DNA from: an uncultured candidatus Porisulfidus sp. | Lineage (GTDB): Bacteria > Pseudomonadota > Gammaproteobacteria > Poriferisulfidales > Oxydemutatoraceae | DNA: 64,000 nucleotides | Reading direction: 5' to 3' | Assembly: GCA_965199685.1 (NCBI GenBank) | Contig: OZ241323.1 | Span: 801,940-865,939, forward strand | Shown here: positions 29,986 to 40,508 of the stretch, in pieces | How positions within the stretch are numbered: position 1 is the first letter of the stretch | How the letters are laid out: the number at the start of each line of letters is the position of its first letter | Made by a program: the position numbers and the translations under genes | The notes under the pieces: generated by a model | Database searches by the model: none | Seen by the model: only the letters and a program-made list of their open reading frames with translations | Told to the model about the DNA's origin: nothing

Positions 29986-30926
29986 GTGCCAATATCCCTA
30001 CGGTCGGTGAGTTATTCGACCATCTAAAAGACCAGTTACAGCTACAATGGGTTGCCGGACGAAGGGCTGCCGATAAACGTTTCATCAAGCACGGAGAAAA
30101 CCAGCCTGTTGATATTGTAGGTTATTTCAACCCTATACACTCAAGTCAGGTACATATATTGGATAACGCCGAGATGGCTTACCTAGAGTCGCTCAAAGGG
30201 AGTGTGCTAGAAAACGCATTGCATAATTTATTCAGTGAGACCTGTTTTGCAGTGCTCGTAAGTAATGCACAAAAGCCTATGTCGGATATGCAAACCTTAG
30301 CCGACAAACGAGATATTGCGTTGTTTATTTCCTCGTTGGGTGGGGAACCTTTAGTTGACGATTTGCGCTATTATTTATCTCGCACGCTTGCCGAAAAATT
30401 AACGATGCACGGTGTATTCATGGAAGTCATCAGCATCGGCGTATTGCTTACTGGCGATAGCGGAGTAGGGAAGAGCGAACTGGCATTGGAATTGATTACC
30501 CGAGGACACCGTCTGATAGCCGATGACTCACCAGTGTTTACGCGTATCGCGCCCGATATCGTGCAAGGTGCCGCGCCGCCGACAATTCAAGACTTTCTGG
30601 AGGTGCGTGGCTTGGGAATTTTGAACATTCGCCAAATGTACGGCAACAGCGCGGTCAAAGAAACCAAATATTTACGCCAGATTATAGACCTTAGGTTTGC
30701 AGGCAAAGATTTGAGCGTCAACAAAGACCGCTTGAGGAGTGCGCAACGTACGATGAACGTACTCGGCTTGGAAATTCCGGTTTTCACTCTGCCGGTTGCC
30801 CCAGGTCGCAACCTCGCTGTTTTGGTTGAAGCGGCGGCAAGAAATCATATTCTTCGTGTCAGTGGTTATTATGCCGAAGAGGAAATTGCCGCTCGCCAAA
30901 GAAACTACATGGATGTCGGGCGATGA
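29982..30926 (+). CDS. hprK: HPr kinase/phosphorylase
   Basis: Walker A GDSGVGKSE, C-terminal kinase domain. Confidence 0.9.
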   Translation: MSANIPTVGELFDHLKDQLQLQWVAGRRAADKRFIKHGENQPVDIVGYFNPIHSSQVHILDNAEMAYLESLKGSVLENALHNLFSETCFAVLVSNAQKPMSDMQTLADKRDIALFISSLGGEPLVDDLRYYLSRTLAEKLTMHGVFMEVISIGVLLTGDSGVGKSELALELITRGHRLIADDSPVFTRIAPDIVQGAAPPTIQDFLEVRGLGILNIRQMYGNSAVKETKYLRQIIDLRFAGKDLSVNKDRLRSAQRTMNVLGLEIPVFTLPVAPGRNLAVLVEAAARNHILRVSGYYAEEEIAARQRNYMDVGR

Positions 30927-31783
30927 GATTCGTTATTGTCAGTGGTCTATCCGGTGCCGGCAAATCGGTGACATTGCAGACTTTGGAAGATCATCACTTT
31001 TATTGCATAGATAACATGCCTTTGGAATTTCTTGACGAGCTGACTAAGCGATTGCTTGCAGAGCAGATTAAACTCGGCGATAGAATTGCAGTTAGTATAG
31101 ATACCCGTAACTTGATCACCCAATCCACTGATCTTAAATTGATATTGGAGCGATTGGAAAACGCCGGGTTTGATACAAAACTGATTTTTTTAAGGGCATC
31201 CGAAGAGATATTAGAGCATCGTTATAACGAAACTCGGCGACCACACCCGTTGTCTATATACAAAAGCAAGCCACTCAAAACATGTATAAAAAGTGAGATA
31301 AATCTGCTTGACGAGATTGCCTCACACGCCGATGCTTATATAGATACCACAAATATGAGCCAATACGAACTGCGTAATATCGTTGCCAAGCAATTAGAAT
31401 TGGACAAAGTGCCGCTGTCTATATTGTTGAGGTCTTTCGGCTACAAAAGAGGTGTTCCTACGAACTCGGACTATATTTTTGATGTGCGTTGTTTAGTAAA
31501 TCCGTATTGGACACCCGAGTTAAGACAGTACTTGGGCTTCGACTCAGAAGTGCGAGATTTTTTAGATAAGTCGCCTAAAAGCATAGAGTTATTCAACGAT
31601 ATTTTTGCTTTTTTGCAAAAATGGATACCGTATTACGAATCCGATATACGTTCTTATTTTACGGTAGCCATAGGATGCACCGGCGGGCGACATCGCTCAG
31701 TGTATATGGTAGAGAAACTATATCTAAAATTATCCGAGCAGAGACCGGAATACGATATTAATAAGGAACATCGGGACATATAG
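30923..31783 (+). CDS. rapZ: RNase adapter protein RapZ (YhbJ)
   Basis: P-loop GLSGAGKS at the N-terminus; 286 aa. Confidence 0.9.
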   Translation: MRFVIVSGLSGAGKSVTLQTLEDHHFYCIDNMPLEFLDELTKRLLAEQIKLGDRIAVSIDTRNLITQSTDLKLILERLENAGFDTKLIFLRASEEILEHRYNETRRPHPLSIYKSKPLKTCIKSEINLLDEIASHADAYIDTTNMSQYELRNIVAKQLELDKVPLSILLRSFGYKRGVPTNSDYIFDVRCLVNPYWTPELRQYLGFDSEVRDFLDKSPKSIELFNDIFAFLQKWIPYYESDIRSYFTVAIGCTGGRHRSVYMVEKLYLKLSEQRPEYDINKEHRDI

Positions 31784-31808
31784 CGATGTTTCACTATTCA
31801 TGGCATAA

Positions 31809-32201
31809 ATGACGATGGCAACTTCTGTTTTATTGCTTACCCATAGCGGTATCGGTGATAGTCTTGCGACGACTGCTAAAAGGCTGATGCCATCTTCGTC
31901 TACCCATATAGGCATCTATGCGGTGTCGTACGACTGTGTGCCTGAGGAGGAGATTATCAAGTTAAAGCAGTATTGTGTGGAGATCGATCAAGGTTCTGGT
32001 GTGTTGCTATTGACCGACCTGTACGGTGCAACACCTTCTAATATTGCGATGCAGTTCAAGGATGAGGCGAATAGATGGTTGGTCAGCGGACTCAATTTAG
32101 CAATGTTGCTCAAGGTTTTGAATTATAGTGATATGGAAGGAGAAGCACTTGCTCAAAAAGCATTTGAAGGGGGGCGCGACAGCGTAGTACAGCCATGGTG
32201 A
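31809..32201 (+). CDS. PTS EIIA, mannose/fructose family
   Basis: LLLTHSGIGDSL His-phosphorylation block, EIIA-Man fold. Confidence 0.7.
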   Translation: MTMATSVLLLTHSGIGDSLATTAKRLMPSSSTHIGIYAVSYDCVPEEEIIKLKQYCVEIDQGSGVLLLTDLYGATPSNIAMQFKDEANRWLVSGLNLAMLLKVLNYSDMEGEALAQKAFEGGRDSVVQPW

Positions 32202-32464
32202 AGTTGGAGACTACGATTATCAATAAGCTAGGATTGCACGCGCGTGCTGCGGCAAAGTTTGTTGCACTTGCGTCAAGTTTTGCAAGCGATATAAAAGTGA
32301 GCAAGGACGATCAAACGGTCAATGGCAAGAGTATTATGGGAGTTATTATGTTGGCTGCAGCAAAAGATACATCGTTGTTACTGACGATAGACGGCGAAGA
32401 CGAAACTGAGGCGGCAGACGGGTTGAGCGAACTTATAAACGACCGTTTCGGAGAGGACGAATAG
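32195..32464 (+). CDS. ptsH: Phosphocarrier protein HPr/NPr
   Basis: GLHARAAAKFV His15 region, Ser46 region KSIMGVIML. Confidence 0.85.
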   Translation: MVKLETTIINKLGLHARAAAKFVALASSFASDIKVSKDDQTVNGKSIMGVIMLAAAKDTSLLLTIDGEDETEAADGLSELINDRFGEDE

Positions 32465-32466
32465 TC

Positions 32467-34206
32467 ATGACGATGTTGTTGAACGGTAGCGGCGTGTCTA
32501 AAGGCATAGGCATCGGTCCGGTACATTTATTTGAACACGGTAGAGGTGAGATTACTCATTATAAGATAACCAAAAGTCGAGTGAGGTCCGAAATCGCCCG
32601 TTTCAATAGGGCACATAAACTTGCGGTAGCGCATTTGAAGAATGTTAGAAAACTGATTCCCGGTGATGCACCTGAGGAAATTGCCACATTCATAGACTCG
32701 CATTTGTTGATGATAGCCGATGTTCCCCTCAAGCAAGCTCCGATACAGATTATAGAGGAGCAATTATGCAATGCCGAATGGGCACTTGATATACAAAAGA
32801 AAAAGTTGGTTCAAATCTTTGATGAGATGCAAGATAGTTATCTGAAGACTAGACGCAACGATGTGGAGCATATCATTCGTTTGATACAGACTGCTTTAGA
32901 GAAGGATAAAGTCACAAGCAAAAACGACAAAAAAACTCAAGAGAAACAGACGAAGCAACTCAAGGGTTATATCATCGTCTCGGACGATTTGGCACCCGCC
33001 GACACCATCATGTTTGAGGATCAAAAGATCGGTGGTTTTGTAACCGAGTACGGCGGCACAACCTCGCACACCGCTATTTTGGCACGTAGTCTGGGCATAC
33101 CGGCGATTGTTGCGGTGCCGAATGTGCGCAATCTACTCAGTGAAAACGAAACCATCATCATAGATGGGAACAGCGGTGCGTTAATCGCAGGTGCCGATAA
33201 GCAAACCATACAATCGTATCAACAACAAATAAAAGCCGACAAAGCACATCAAAAGCAGTTGGCAGTCTTGAAGAATAAACCAACGCGCAGTCGCGACGGT
33301 GTCGATATCAAGCTGATGACCAATATAGAGTTGAGCGATGAGGTACGCGCGTTTAAGCATAGCGGTGCCGAGGGTGTGGGATTGTATCGCACCGAATTTC
33401 TATATATAGACCGTGACAAAGAAGTAAGCGAAGAGGAACATTTCATCGCCTATAAAAAGATATTGCGGGTTGCTGCCGATAGACCGGTGACGATACGCAC
33501 CTTGGATTTAGGTGCCGAAAAGGAGTTTGATCCGGATTACGAGGGACCAATGGCACCCAATCCGGCTTTGGGTTTGCGTGCAATCCGCCGTTCGCTGAAA
33601 AATCCTGATTTATTTTTGCAACAGTTGCGAGCGATATTGCGCGCATCAGTTTACGGAGAAGTGCGCATTTTGATTCCTATGCTAACCAGCATCAACGAGT
33701 TGGAACAGATTATGGAGCTTTACAAATCGGCTCAACAGCAATTAAAGGATAAAAAGAAACGCTTCAAGCAAAACATCAAAATAGGTGGGATGATAGAAGT
33801 ACCAGCCGCAGCACTCGCTGCCGATACTTTTGCCCGCAAGCTCGATTTTTTATCGATAGGCACGAATGATTTGATCCAATACGCGTTGGCGATAGATCGC
33901 ATAGACGAAGAGGTCAACTATTTGTATAATCCGCTACATCCTGGTGTCCTCAACTTGATAACTATTGTCTTAGACGCAGGGAAGCGACTGAATGTGCCGG
34001 TGGCAATGTGTGGAGAGATGGCAGGCGATAGCCGTTATACGACCTTGCTCCTGGCCATGGGGCTAAGAGAGTTTAGCGTACACCCGAATAACTTACTTGA
34101 AATTAAACGAATTATTATGGACAGCGATGTCGGTAGTCTACAGCGTAAATATCGGCGTATGGGGACACACCCCGACCCAGCTCGCATAGCTGAGTTTTGT
34201 TCTTAA
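32467..34206 (+). CDS. ptsI: Phosphoenolpyruvate-protein phosphotransferase (Enzyme I)
   Basis: 579 aa; GGTTSHTAILARSLGIPAIV active-site His region; no GAF domain. Confidence 0.9.
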   Translation: MTMLLNGSGVSKGIGIGPVHLFEHGRGEITHYKITKSRVRSEIARFNRAHKLAVAHLKNVRKLIPGDAPEEIATFIDSHLLMIADVPLKQAPIQIIEEQLCNAEWALDIQKKKLVQIFDEMQDSYLKTRRNDVEHIIRLIQTALEKDKVTSKNDKKTQEKQTKQLKGYIIVSDDLAPADTIMFEDQKIGGFVTEYGGTTSHTAILARSLGIPAIVAVPNVRNLLSENETIIIDGNSGALIAGADKQTIQSYQQQIKADKAHQKQLAVLKNKPTRSRDGVDIKLMTNIELSDEVRAFKHSGAEGVGLYRTEFLYIDRDKEVSEEEHFIAYKKILRVAADRPVTIRTLDLGAEKEFDPDYEGPMAPNPALGLRAIRRSLKNPDLFLQQLRAILRASVYGEVRILIPMLTSINELEQIMELYKSAQQQLKDKKKRFKQNIKIGGMIEVPAAALAADTFARKLDFLSIGTNDLIQYALAIDRIDEEVNYLYNPLHPGVLNLITIVLDAGKRLNVPVAMCGEMAGDSRYTTLLLAMGLREFSVHPNNLLEIKRIIMDSDVGSLQRKYRRMGTHPDPARIAEFCS

Positions 34207-34209
34207 CTG

Positions 34210-35559
34210 GTGTACGAATATATGGAAGCACAAAACACTGCAGAATATCTATCTGAAGCACTACGCAGCGGCAAAGTCGCACAAGTGAAAGGGTTGTTGA
34301 ATAATTTTCATGCTGGTGAAATTGCCAATCTTTTGGAAGCCCTTCCTATTCCAGAACGCCGCATCGTATGGAAACTGACCAATGTTAGTTTAGAGGGTGA
34401 TATCTTGTTGGAAGTCAGCGAGGATGTCCGCAAAAACCTAATTGAACTAACCCAAGATGCCGAATTATTGCTTGCAACCGAAGATTTGGAAATAGATGAT
34501 CTTGCCGACCTGATAGACACTTTGCCCGACACCGTAACCCGACAGTTGCTGGCAGGCATGGATGCGCAAAATCGTCATCGCCTCAAGCAGGTATTATCTT
34601 ACGATGCTGATACCGCAGGAGGCTTGATGAACCCTGATGTTCTGACGCTACGCACCAATATCACGATAGATGTCGCAATACGCTATATCAAAATGAAAAA
34701 AACACTACCGCCACATACCGATAATTTAATCGTTGTTGATTATTCAAACCGCTATTCAGGAGTTGTACCGATCGGTGATTTAATCACCCGTGATAAAGAT
34801 ACACTGATTGCAGATTTGACGAATACCGAAGCAACTGCGATACCTGTTTCAATGCCGGCAAGCGAAGTAGTCGCGTTGTTTGAAGATAGAGACTTGGTGT
34901 CGGCTGCGGTCGTTGATGCGGACAACAAAGTCGTCGGTCGGATTACCGTGGACGATGTCTTGGATGTACTTCGCAACGAACCCCGGCAAGAGCGTATCGG
35001 TTTTTCCGGTGCTTCAGGCGAGGAAGATCTTTATGCACCGGTTTTAAGTTCAGCTAGAAAACGCGCATTGTGGTTGGGAATTAATTTACTGACTGCGTTT
35101 ATCGCCGCTTGGTTTATTAGTCTTTTTGAAGATACCCTACAGCAAATCATCATACTTGCTGTTTTGATACCAGTAGTCGCAAGCATGGGTGGGATAGCCG
35201 GTAGTCAGACTTTGATGATTACGATACGCGGTCTTGCAACCAAACGTTTAACCGAAGACAATCCGACCATGCTATTACTCAAAGAAGCATTGGTAGGCTC
35301 CTTGAACGGCGTGCTGTGGGCGATAATCGTCGCTACAATTACGATTTTTTGGGTCGACGATATTGGCGTAGGCATCATCATCGCCGCAGCGATTATCGTC
35401 AACTTGATTTGCGCTGCCGGTGCTGGTGTGATAATCCCTATTTTATTAAAGAAGTTTGGCGTAGACCCAGCACTTGCCGGCAGCGTGGTGTTGACGACCA
35501 TCACTGATATCATAGGTGTCGTCGCCTTTCTGGGATTGGCGACGGTGTTTTTGATATAA
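34210..35559 (+). CDS. mgtE: Magnesium transporter MgtE
   Basis: N-terminal domain, tandem CBS domains, 5-TM C-terminus. Confidence 0.9.
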   Translation: MYEYMEAQNTAEYLSEALRSGKVAQVKGLLNNFHAGEIANLLEALPIPERRIVWKLTNVSLEGDILLEVSEDVRKNLIELTQDAELLLATEDLEIDDLADLIDTLPDTVTRQLLAGMDAQNRHRLKQVLSYDADTAGGLMNPDVLTLRTNITIDVAIRYIKMKKTLPPHTDNLIVVDYSNRYSGVVPIGDLITRDKDTLIADLTNTEATAIPVSMPASEVVALFEDRDLVSAAVVDADNKVVGRITVDDVLDVLRNEPRQERIGFSGASGEEDLYAPVLSSARKRALWLGINLLTAFIAAWFISLFEDTLQQIIILAVLIPVVASMGGIAGSQTLMITIRGLATKRLTEDNPTMLLLKEALVGSLNGVLWAIIVATITIFWVDDIGVGIIIAAAIIVNLICAAGAGVIIPILLKKFGVDPALAGSVVLTTITDIIGVVAFLGLATVFLI

Positions 35560-35607
35560 ATCTTACCGACGGTAGATTTTAATGAGAGTATTTGAGTAAG
35601 ATTAGGC

Positions 35608-36672
35608 ATGAACACAGACCAGGATAAATATCTAATTTTGCGTACACCTGAAAAATCTGCAGGCTTAGACCAGATACTTGCGGTAGTAAAAGGTGCAATC
35701 AAAGAAGCAATTCATTTAGACAGGGTACTGGTAATAGAAAAATATATTATGCCTGTTTATCATAACCTAGGTCATGAGCTTAAAAATCTTGATATTGAAC
35801 GATATATCAATTTGGACAAAACGCAAATTTATAAGATAGAAAATAATGGAAGTATTGAACAGATTCACAATGCTTTCCGCTACGTACGGGCGGAGAATTT
35901 TGATCACAATAAATGTCCCAAAGAGTTAGTATTAGAATTATCAGGCTGCACCCCTGTTAGCGAAGCACAAAATAATAAATATAAGGTAATCGTCCGAGCA
36001 ACGGTTGACTATTCTTACAATAGACAAGTCTACTCCGATATGTTAATTGTTGCTTTCTATCCTTCGGATAAGGTTGTACACTTGACTGACACAGTTTTGC
36101 GAGCTATGGGCACTAGTCTTTCGGACACCGAAAAACTATCAGCTGTGTATAGAAATATTGATTTTGCCACTAATAAAGATACATGGCAGAATACAGTACT
36201 AGACAATCCGCTTCACTATGCATGCTTGCATATACGAGGAAATGATACGCTTAAATATTCAACGTTCAAACAGTCCGCCTCCGAGTCTCATGTCAAAGAT
36301 ATAATAAAGAAAAAGATACCTAGAGGTATGAGAATCTATCTTATGACCGATATTAAAAAACCCGGATACTTGAGCTTTTTGAAAAAAGACTATACCGTGT
36401 ATCGATATTATGATTTTCCAGAATTAAAGGATTTAGTCTCAGGCAACAAAAGCCCAGTTGATAATGCGATGCTTTATTCTGTAGAAAAAAACATAATGCA
36501 GCACGCGTATGTTAAATTAGTTCGTACGGATGGAGTTTTTAGGGTCATTCATACTGGTTGCATACATAAAATTCGATGGCGATACAAAATTTTATCTATT
36601 ATAGATGACATACTATCATCTAAAACCGTAAGACGCTGTAAAGCAAGGATAAATAGATTGATCGGGCAATAA
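35608..36672 (+). CDS. Hypothetical protein, GDP-fucose O-fucosyltransferase-like (GT65/GT11-type HxRxxD glycosyltransferase)
   Basis: N-terminal YLILR..SAGLDQILAVV..LDRVLVI resembles the O-FucT N-terminal block; LHIRGND and RIYLMTDIKKPGY resemble GT11 HVRRGDY and FxFSDD motifs; about 65% AT. Confidence 0.35.
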   Translation: MNTDQDKYLILRTPEKSAGLDQILAVVKGAIKEAIHLDRVLVIEKYIMPVYHNLGHELKNLDIERYINLDKTQIYKIENNGSIEQIHNAFRYVRAENFDHNKCPKELVLELSGCTPVSEAQNNKYKVIVRATVDYSYNRQVYSDMLIVAFYPSDKVVHLTDTVLRAMGTSLSDTEKLSAVYRNIDFATNKDTWQNTVLDNPLHYACLHIRGNDTLKYSTFKQSASESHVKDIIKKKIPRGMRIYLMTDIKKPGYLSFLKKDYTVYRYYDFPELKDLVSGNKSPVDNAMLYSVEKNIMQHAYVKLVRTDGVFRVIHTGCIHKIRWRYKILSIIDDILSSKTVRRCKARINRLIGQ

Positions 36673-36677
36673 AATTT

Positions 36678-37691
36678 TCAATTATTCGGGCTTTGGTAAA
36701 TGCCTTCAGATGCTTGGCTATTGAGGTGTGCCAATTTTCCAAATGTTTGTTGTGCTTCGCCAGTCTTAGACTCACCCCATAATTTCATCGCTTGCTGTTG
36801 CAGTCCGCGTCCGTAGGAAAAAGTGAGCCGCCACGGCGCACCTTCGCTCGCTGCAAGACGATTGATTGCATCCAAATGAGCAGTTGCTTTTTCATCGCTT
36901 TGTCCGCCGGAAAGAAATGCAATGCCAGGCACTGCTGCCGGCACGGTAGATTTCAAGCAACTGAGGGTATGCTCGGCAACCGTACTCACATCGGCTTGAT
37001 CTGGACAATCGCTACCTGATAAAACCATATTGGGCTTTAATACAATCCCGTTTAGCAGAACGCCTTGAGTACGTAATTCGCAGAACACTTCGTTTTGGGT
37101 GCATTCGCTCACCTCAAAACAATCCTCTATGCTGTGGTGTCCGTCCATCAGCACTTCAGGTTCGACGATAGGCACTATATTTTGTTCTTGACATAATGCC
37201 GCATAACGCGCCAGTGCATGGGCATTTGCATGGATACAAGCCAAAGACGGCATATCGCCACCAATAGTAATGACCGCACGCCACTTTGCAAAGCGCGCGC
37301 CCATCTCGGCGTATTCTTTTAGACGCTCCCGCAACCCGTCCAAGCCCTCGGTAATCTTTTCGCCTTCATAGCCGGCGAGTGCTTTGGCACCTTGGTCTAC
37401 CTTGATACCAGGAATAATGCCTCTAGCTTCTAGATGCTTTGCAAAGGGAACACCATCGTCTGTTTGTTGGCGTATGGTTTCGTCAAAGAGGATCGCAGCG
37501 GAAATATATTGTTCTATGTTGGGTGTGGTAACCAAAACGCTACGATAGCTTTTGCGGTTCTCTTCGGTGGTAGGAATGCCTAGCTTTGCAAAACGTTTAT
37601 CGCAGGTAGGCTTACTTTCGTCCATTGCCAAAATGCCTTTGGCAGGTGCGACCATAGCTTTAGCGGTCGCGTGCAGTGTTTCTGAATTCAT
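36678..37691 (-). CDS. fba: Fructose-bisphosphate aldolase, class I (eukaryotic type)
   Basis: GILAMDES Schiff-base family signature; 337 aa. Confidence 0.85.
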   Translation of the reverse strand: MNSETLHATAKAMVAPAKGILAMDESKPTCDKRFAKLGIPTTEENRKSYRSVLVTTPNIEQYISAAILFDETIRQQTDDGVPFAKHLEARGIIPGIKVDQGAKALAGYEGEKITEGLDGLRERLKEYAEMGARFAKWRAVITIGGDMPSLACIHANAHALARYAALCQEQNIVPIVEPEVLMDGHHSIEDCFEVSECTQNEVFCELRTQGVLLNGIVLKPNMVLSGSDCPDQADVSTVAEHTLSCLKSTVPAAVPGIAFLSGGQSDEKATAHLDAINRLAASEGAPWRLTFSYGRGLQQQAMKLWGESKTGEAQQTFGKLAHLNSQASEGIYQSPNN

Positions 37692-37699
37692 AACAGACG

Positions 37700-37800
37700 A
37701 TTATACGAATTTGACAAAGTTTTTCAATGTTTGTAGAGTCATTGAAAAAGTACCATCATTGAATTTATTCTGCCCCTACAATTCTAATCGGCAGTTCTAT
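37700..37800. repeat. Short MITE-like repeat modules in the pyk-fba intergenic region
   Basis: cattgaaaaagtacc, cattgaatttattctgcccctac, aatcggcag. Confidence 0.55.
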
Positions 37801-39241
37801 TGACATGAATGATTTTCATTGCGTTGGTGCCGCCGTGTTGCCCTTTCTTATCGCCTTTGGTGATAATGACGACCGAGTCTTTATCAAAGCGATGATACGG
37901 TTTTAAGGCATTGATAACTTCTTGATTAATGTTGCCAGAATGATCGCCTTGCAATAGCACTGGATAGACACCGCGATAGAGTGTCACCTTGCGACAGGTT
38001 TCTACATGGTGGGTGAGGGCATAAATTGGTATCGCAGAGACGAGGCGAGAAAGCCATTGGGTGGTAGAACCCGACTCGGTCATCGCTGCAATCGCCGAGA
38101 CATTGAGGTGGTTTGCGGTATAGATTGCCGAAAGCGCAATGGCTTGATCAAATTGATGTATTTGTTGATCCAGTAAATAATCGTTGCTGTGTTGCGTGAT
38201 ATCGCCTTGCTCGGCACCTTGACAGATACGGCTCATCGTTTTCACGACCAGTGCTGGGTGTTTGCCAATTGCTGACTCGGCAGACAACATGAGTGCGTCG
38301 GAACCATCCAAGACGGCATTTGCGACATCCGATATTTCTGCTCGGGTGGGAACGCTACTCTCAATCATTGATTGCAACATCTCAGTTGCAGTGATGACGA
38401 TGCAATTGTGCGCGCGTGCCTTAACAATCAGTTGTTTTTGCACTGCGGTCAAAGCTGCGTCTCCGATTTCGATGCTGAGATCGCCTCTAGCGATCATCAC
38501 ACCGTCTACAACTTGAAGTATATCGTCGATACAATCGAGTGCCTCGCTGCGTTCTATTTTAGCAATTAGTGCGGCATTCCCGCCTGCTTGCTGTAGTAGA
38601 TTTCTTGCGTAAAGCATATCTTCGGGACTCTTAGGGAAGGAAACTGCTAAGTAATCTACTCCCATCTTCGTTGCAAGTTTAATATCTTGTTTGTCTTTGT
38701 CGGTGATGGTTTGTGCCGACAAACCGCCGCCGCGACGATTGACACCTTTATTATTGGATAACACACCACCAATATTAACCGTCGTTATCACTTTCTGATC
38801 TTTTATTTGTTCTACTTCCAAAGTGATGCGTCCGTCGTCAAGTAGCAGTTCGTCTCCTTTTTTGACATCTTTATGGAGGTCTGCATAACTGATACCTACT
38901 TGATGTTCATTGCCAGCATTTTGTTCCAGCTCGGCATCCAAAATGAAACGTTGTCCAGTTTTGAGTTCTATTTGGTCGTTGACAAAACGTTGTATCCTTA
39001 TTTTAGGGCCTTGCAAATCACCAAGTATGCCAACATGGTATTTTTTTTGTGCCGATACCTTGCGCACTAGCTCCGCCCGTCGAAGTTGCTCTTCAGCATC
39101 ACCGTGCGAGAAGTTCATTCTGACCACGTCCACACCGGCATCTATCAGTTCTTTTATGGTTTGCTCGTCGTCGGTAGCAGGCCCTAAGGTTGTAATGATT
39201 TTAGTGGTTCTAGATTTTTTGGCAGTATTGATTTCGGTCAT
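37784..39241 (-). CDS. pyk: Pyruvate kinase
   Basis: 485 aa; MNFSHGD, conserved PK barrel. Confidence 0.9.
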   Translation of the reverse strand: MTEINTAKKSRTTKIITTLGPATDDEQTIKELIDAGVDVVRMNFSHGDAEEQLRRAELVRKVSAQKKYHVGILGDLQGPKIRIQRFVNDQIELKTGQRFILDAELEQNAGNEHQVGISYADLHKDVKKGDELLLDDGRITLEVEQIKDQKVITTVNIGGVLSNNKGVNRRGGGLSAQTITDKDKQDIKLATKMGVDYLAVSFPKSPEDMLYARNLLQQAGGNAALIAKIERSEALDCIDDILQVVDGVMIARGDLSIEIGDAALTAVQKQLIVKARAHNCIVITATEMLQSMIESSVPTRAEISDVANAVLDGSDALMLSAESAIGKHPALVVKTMSRICQGAEQGDITQHSNDYLLDQQIHQFDQAIALSAIYTANHLNVSAIAAMTESGSTTQWLSRLVSAIPIYALTHHVETCRKVTLYRGVYPVLLQGDHSGNINQEVINALKPYHRFDKDSVVIITKGDKKGQHGGTNAMKIIHVNRTAD

Positions 39242-39243
39242 CG

Positions 39244-40479
39244 TTAATGCTCCAAGTCCATACTTTGATCGTTTGCTGCCTTGTGGTTCAGCATGGTCAA
39301 CGCAGGCAGTTCTTGTCCTGAGGCAAGCTGTAGAAAAGCACCACCTCCGGTAGAGATATACATATTATCTCTTTGCAAGTCAAACTTTTTTATTGCCGCA
39401 AGCGTATCTCCGCCACCGGCGACGATATGCGCAGAACTCTGTTTAATCGCTTGCACGATTGCCTGGGTGCCGTCGGCAAAAGGTTCACATTCAAAGGCAC
39501 CAAGCGGTCCGTTCCACAGTACGCAGTCGGCCTCGGCTATTGCGTTGCTGTAGGCGACCTGTGTTTTCGTGCCTATGTCTAGTATCATTTCGTCTGCTTG
39601 TACATTATCTAGGGTTTTGCATACGGCATCGCTACTTTCGGATAATTCTGTTGCGCATATCACATCGGACGGCAACAACAGCTGTTTGTGTTGTTCTCTC
39701 ATTTTATATTGCAACTCAGCACCGAAGGAGACGAGGTCTTTTTCGTACAACGAGCTTCCTATATCGTAGCCGTTTCCAGCAATAAAGGTATTTGCGATAC
39801 CGCCGCCTATAATCAAGGTGTCTACATGTTCCGATAAAGCCGATAGCAGTTCTAGTTTGCCCGATACTTTAGAACCACCGACAATGGCGACGCGGTGCAT
39901 ATAACGCGGTAGATCATCGCTACCAATATCTCCTGAGGCATTTCCCAATGCATTACGAATCTCGTGGATTTCTTGTGCGAATAACGAACCCGCGCAAGCG
40001 GTTCTTGCATACTTCATGGCTTTGTGTGTGGAGGCGTGGGCGCGGTGTGCGCATCCGAAGGCATTCATCACATAGATATCGCAAAGATCTGCCAAGTGGC
40101 TCGCCAGTGTATCGTCGTCTTCAAGCTCACCGGATTGAAAACGGATATTTTCATACATTACAAGTTCGCCGGGCTGCACGGCAATATCGCTCGAATAATC
40201 GGAGATTAAGGGTATGGTTTTACCGAGTAATTCGGATAAGTGCGATGCCACCGGCTGCAACGAGAATGCTTGGTTATTATTGCCGGCTTTGGGACGTCCT
40301 AAGTGCGAGATTAGCGATAATGCGGCACCCGCATCTAATGCAGTTTTTATATCGGGTAGGCAGGCATGAATTCTTTGATCGTCGCTCACCGCACCGTCGT
40401 TGATGGGAACATTCATATCAACGCGCATCATCACTCGCTTGTTTGCGAGTGCGACTTGATCAATGTGTAAGAATTCCAT
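39244..40479 (-). CDS. pgk: Phosphoglycerate kinase
   Basis: PGK N- and C-domains (RVDMNVP, GGGA). Confidence 0.95.
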   Translation of the reverse strand: MEFLHIDQVALANKRVMMRVDMNVPINDGAVSDDQRIHACLPDIKTALDAGAALSLISHLGRPKAGNNNQAFSLQPVASHLSELLGKTIPLISDYSSDIAVQPGELVMYENIRFQSGELEDDDTLASHLADLCDIYVMNAFGCAHRAHASTHKAMKYARTACAGSLFAQEIHEIRNALGNASGDIGSDDLPRYMHRVAIVGGSKVSGKLELLSALSEHVDTLIIGGGIANTFIAGNGYDIGSSLYEKDLVSFGAELQYKMREQHKQLLLPSDVICATELSESSDAVCKTLDNVQADEMILDIGTKTQVAYSNAIAEADCVLWNGPLGAFECEPFADGTQAIVQAIKQSSAHIVAGGGDTLAAIKKFDLQRDNMYISTGGGAFLQLASGQELPALTMLNHKAANDQSMDLEH

Positions 40480-40508
40480 ATAAACCTATAAGTGGATCAT
40501 TGTTTGGC

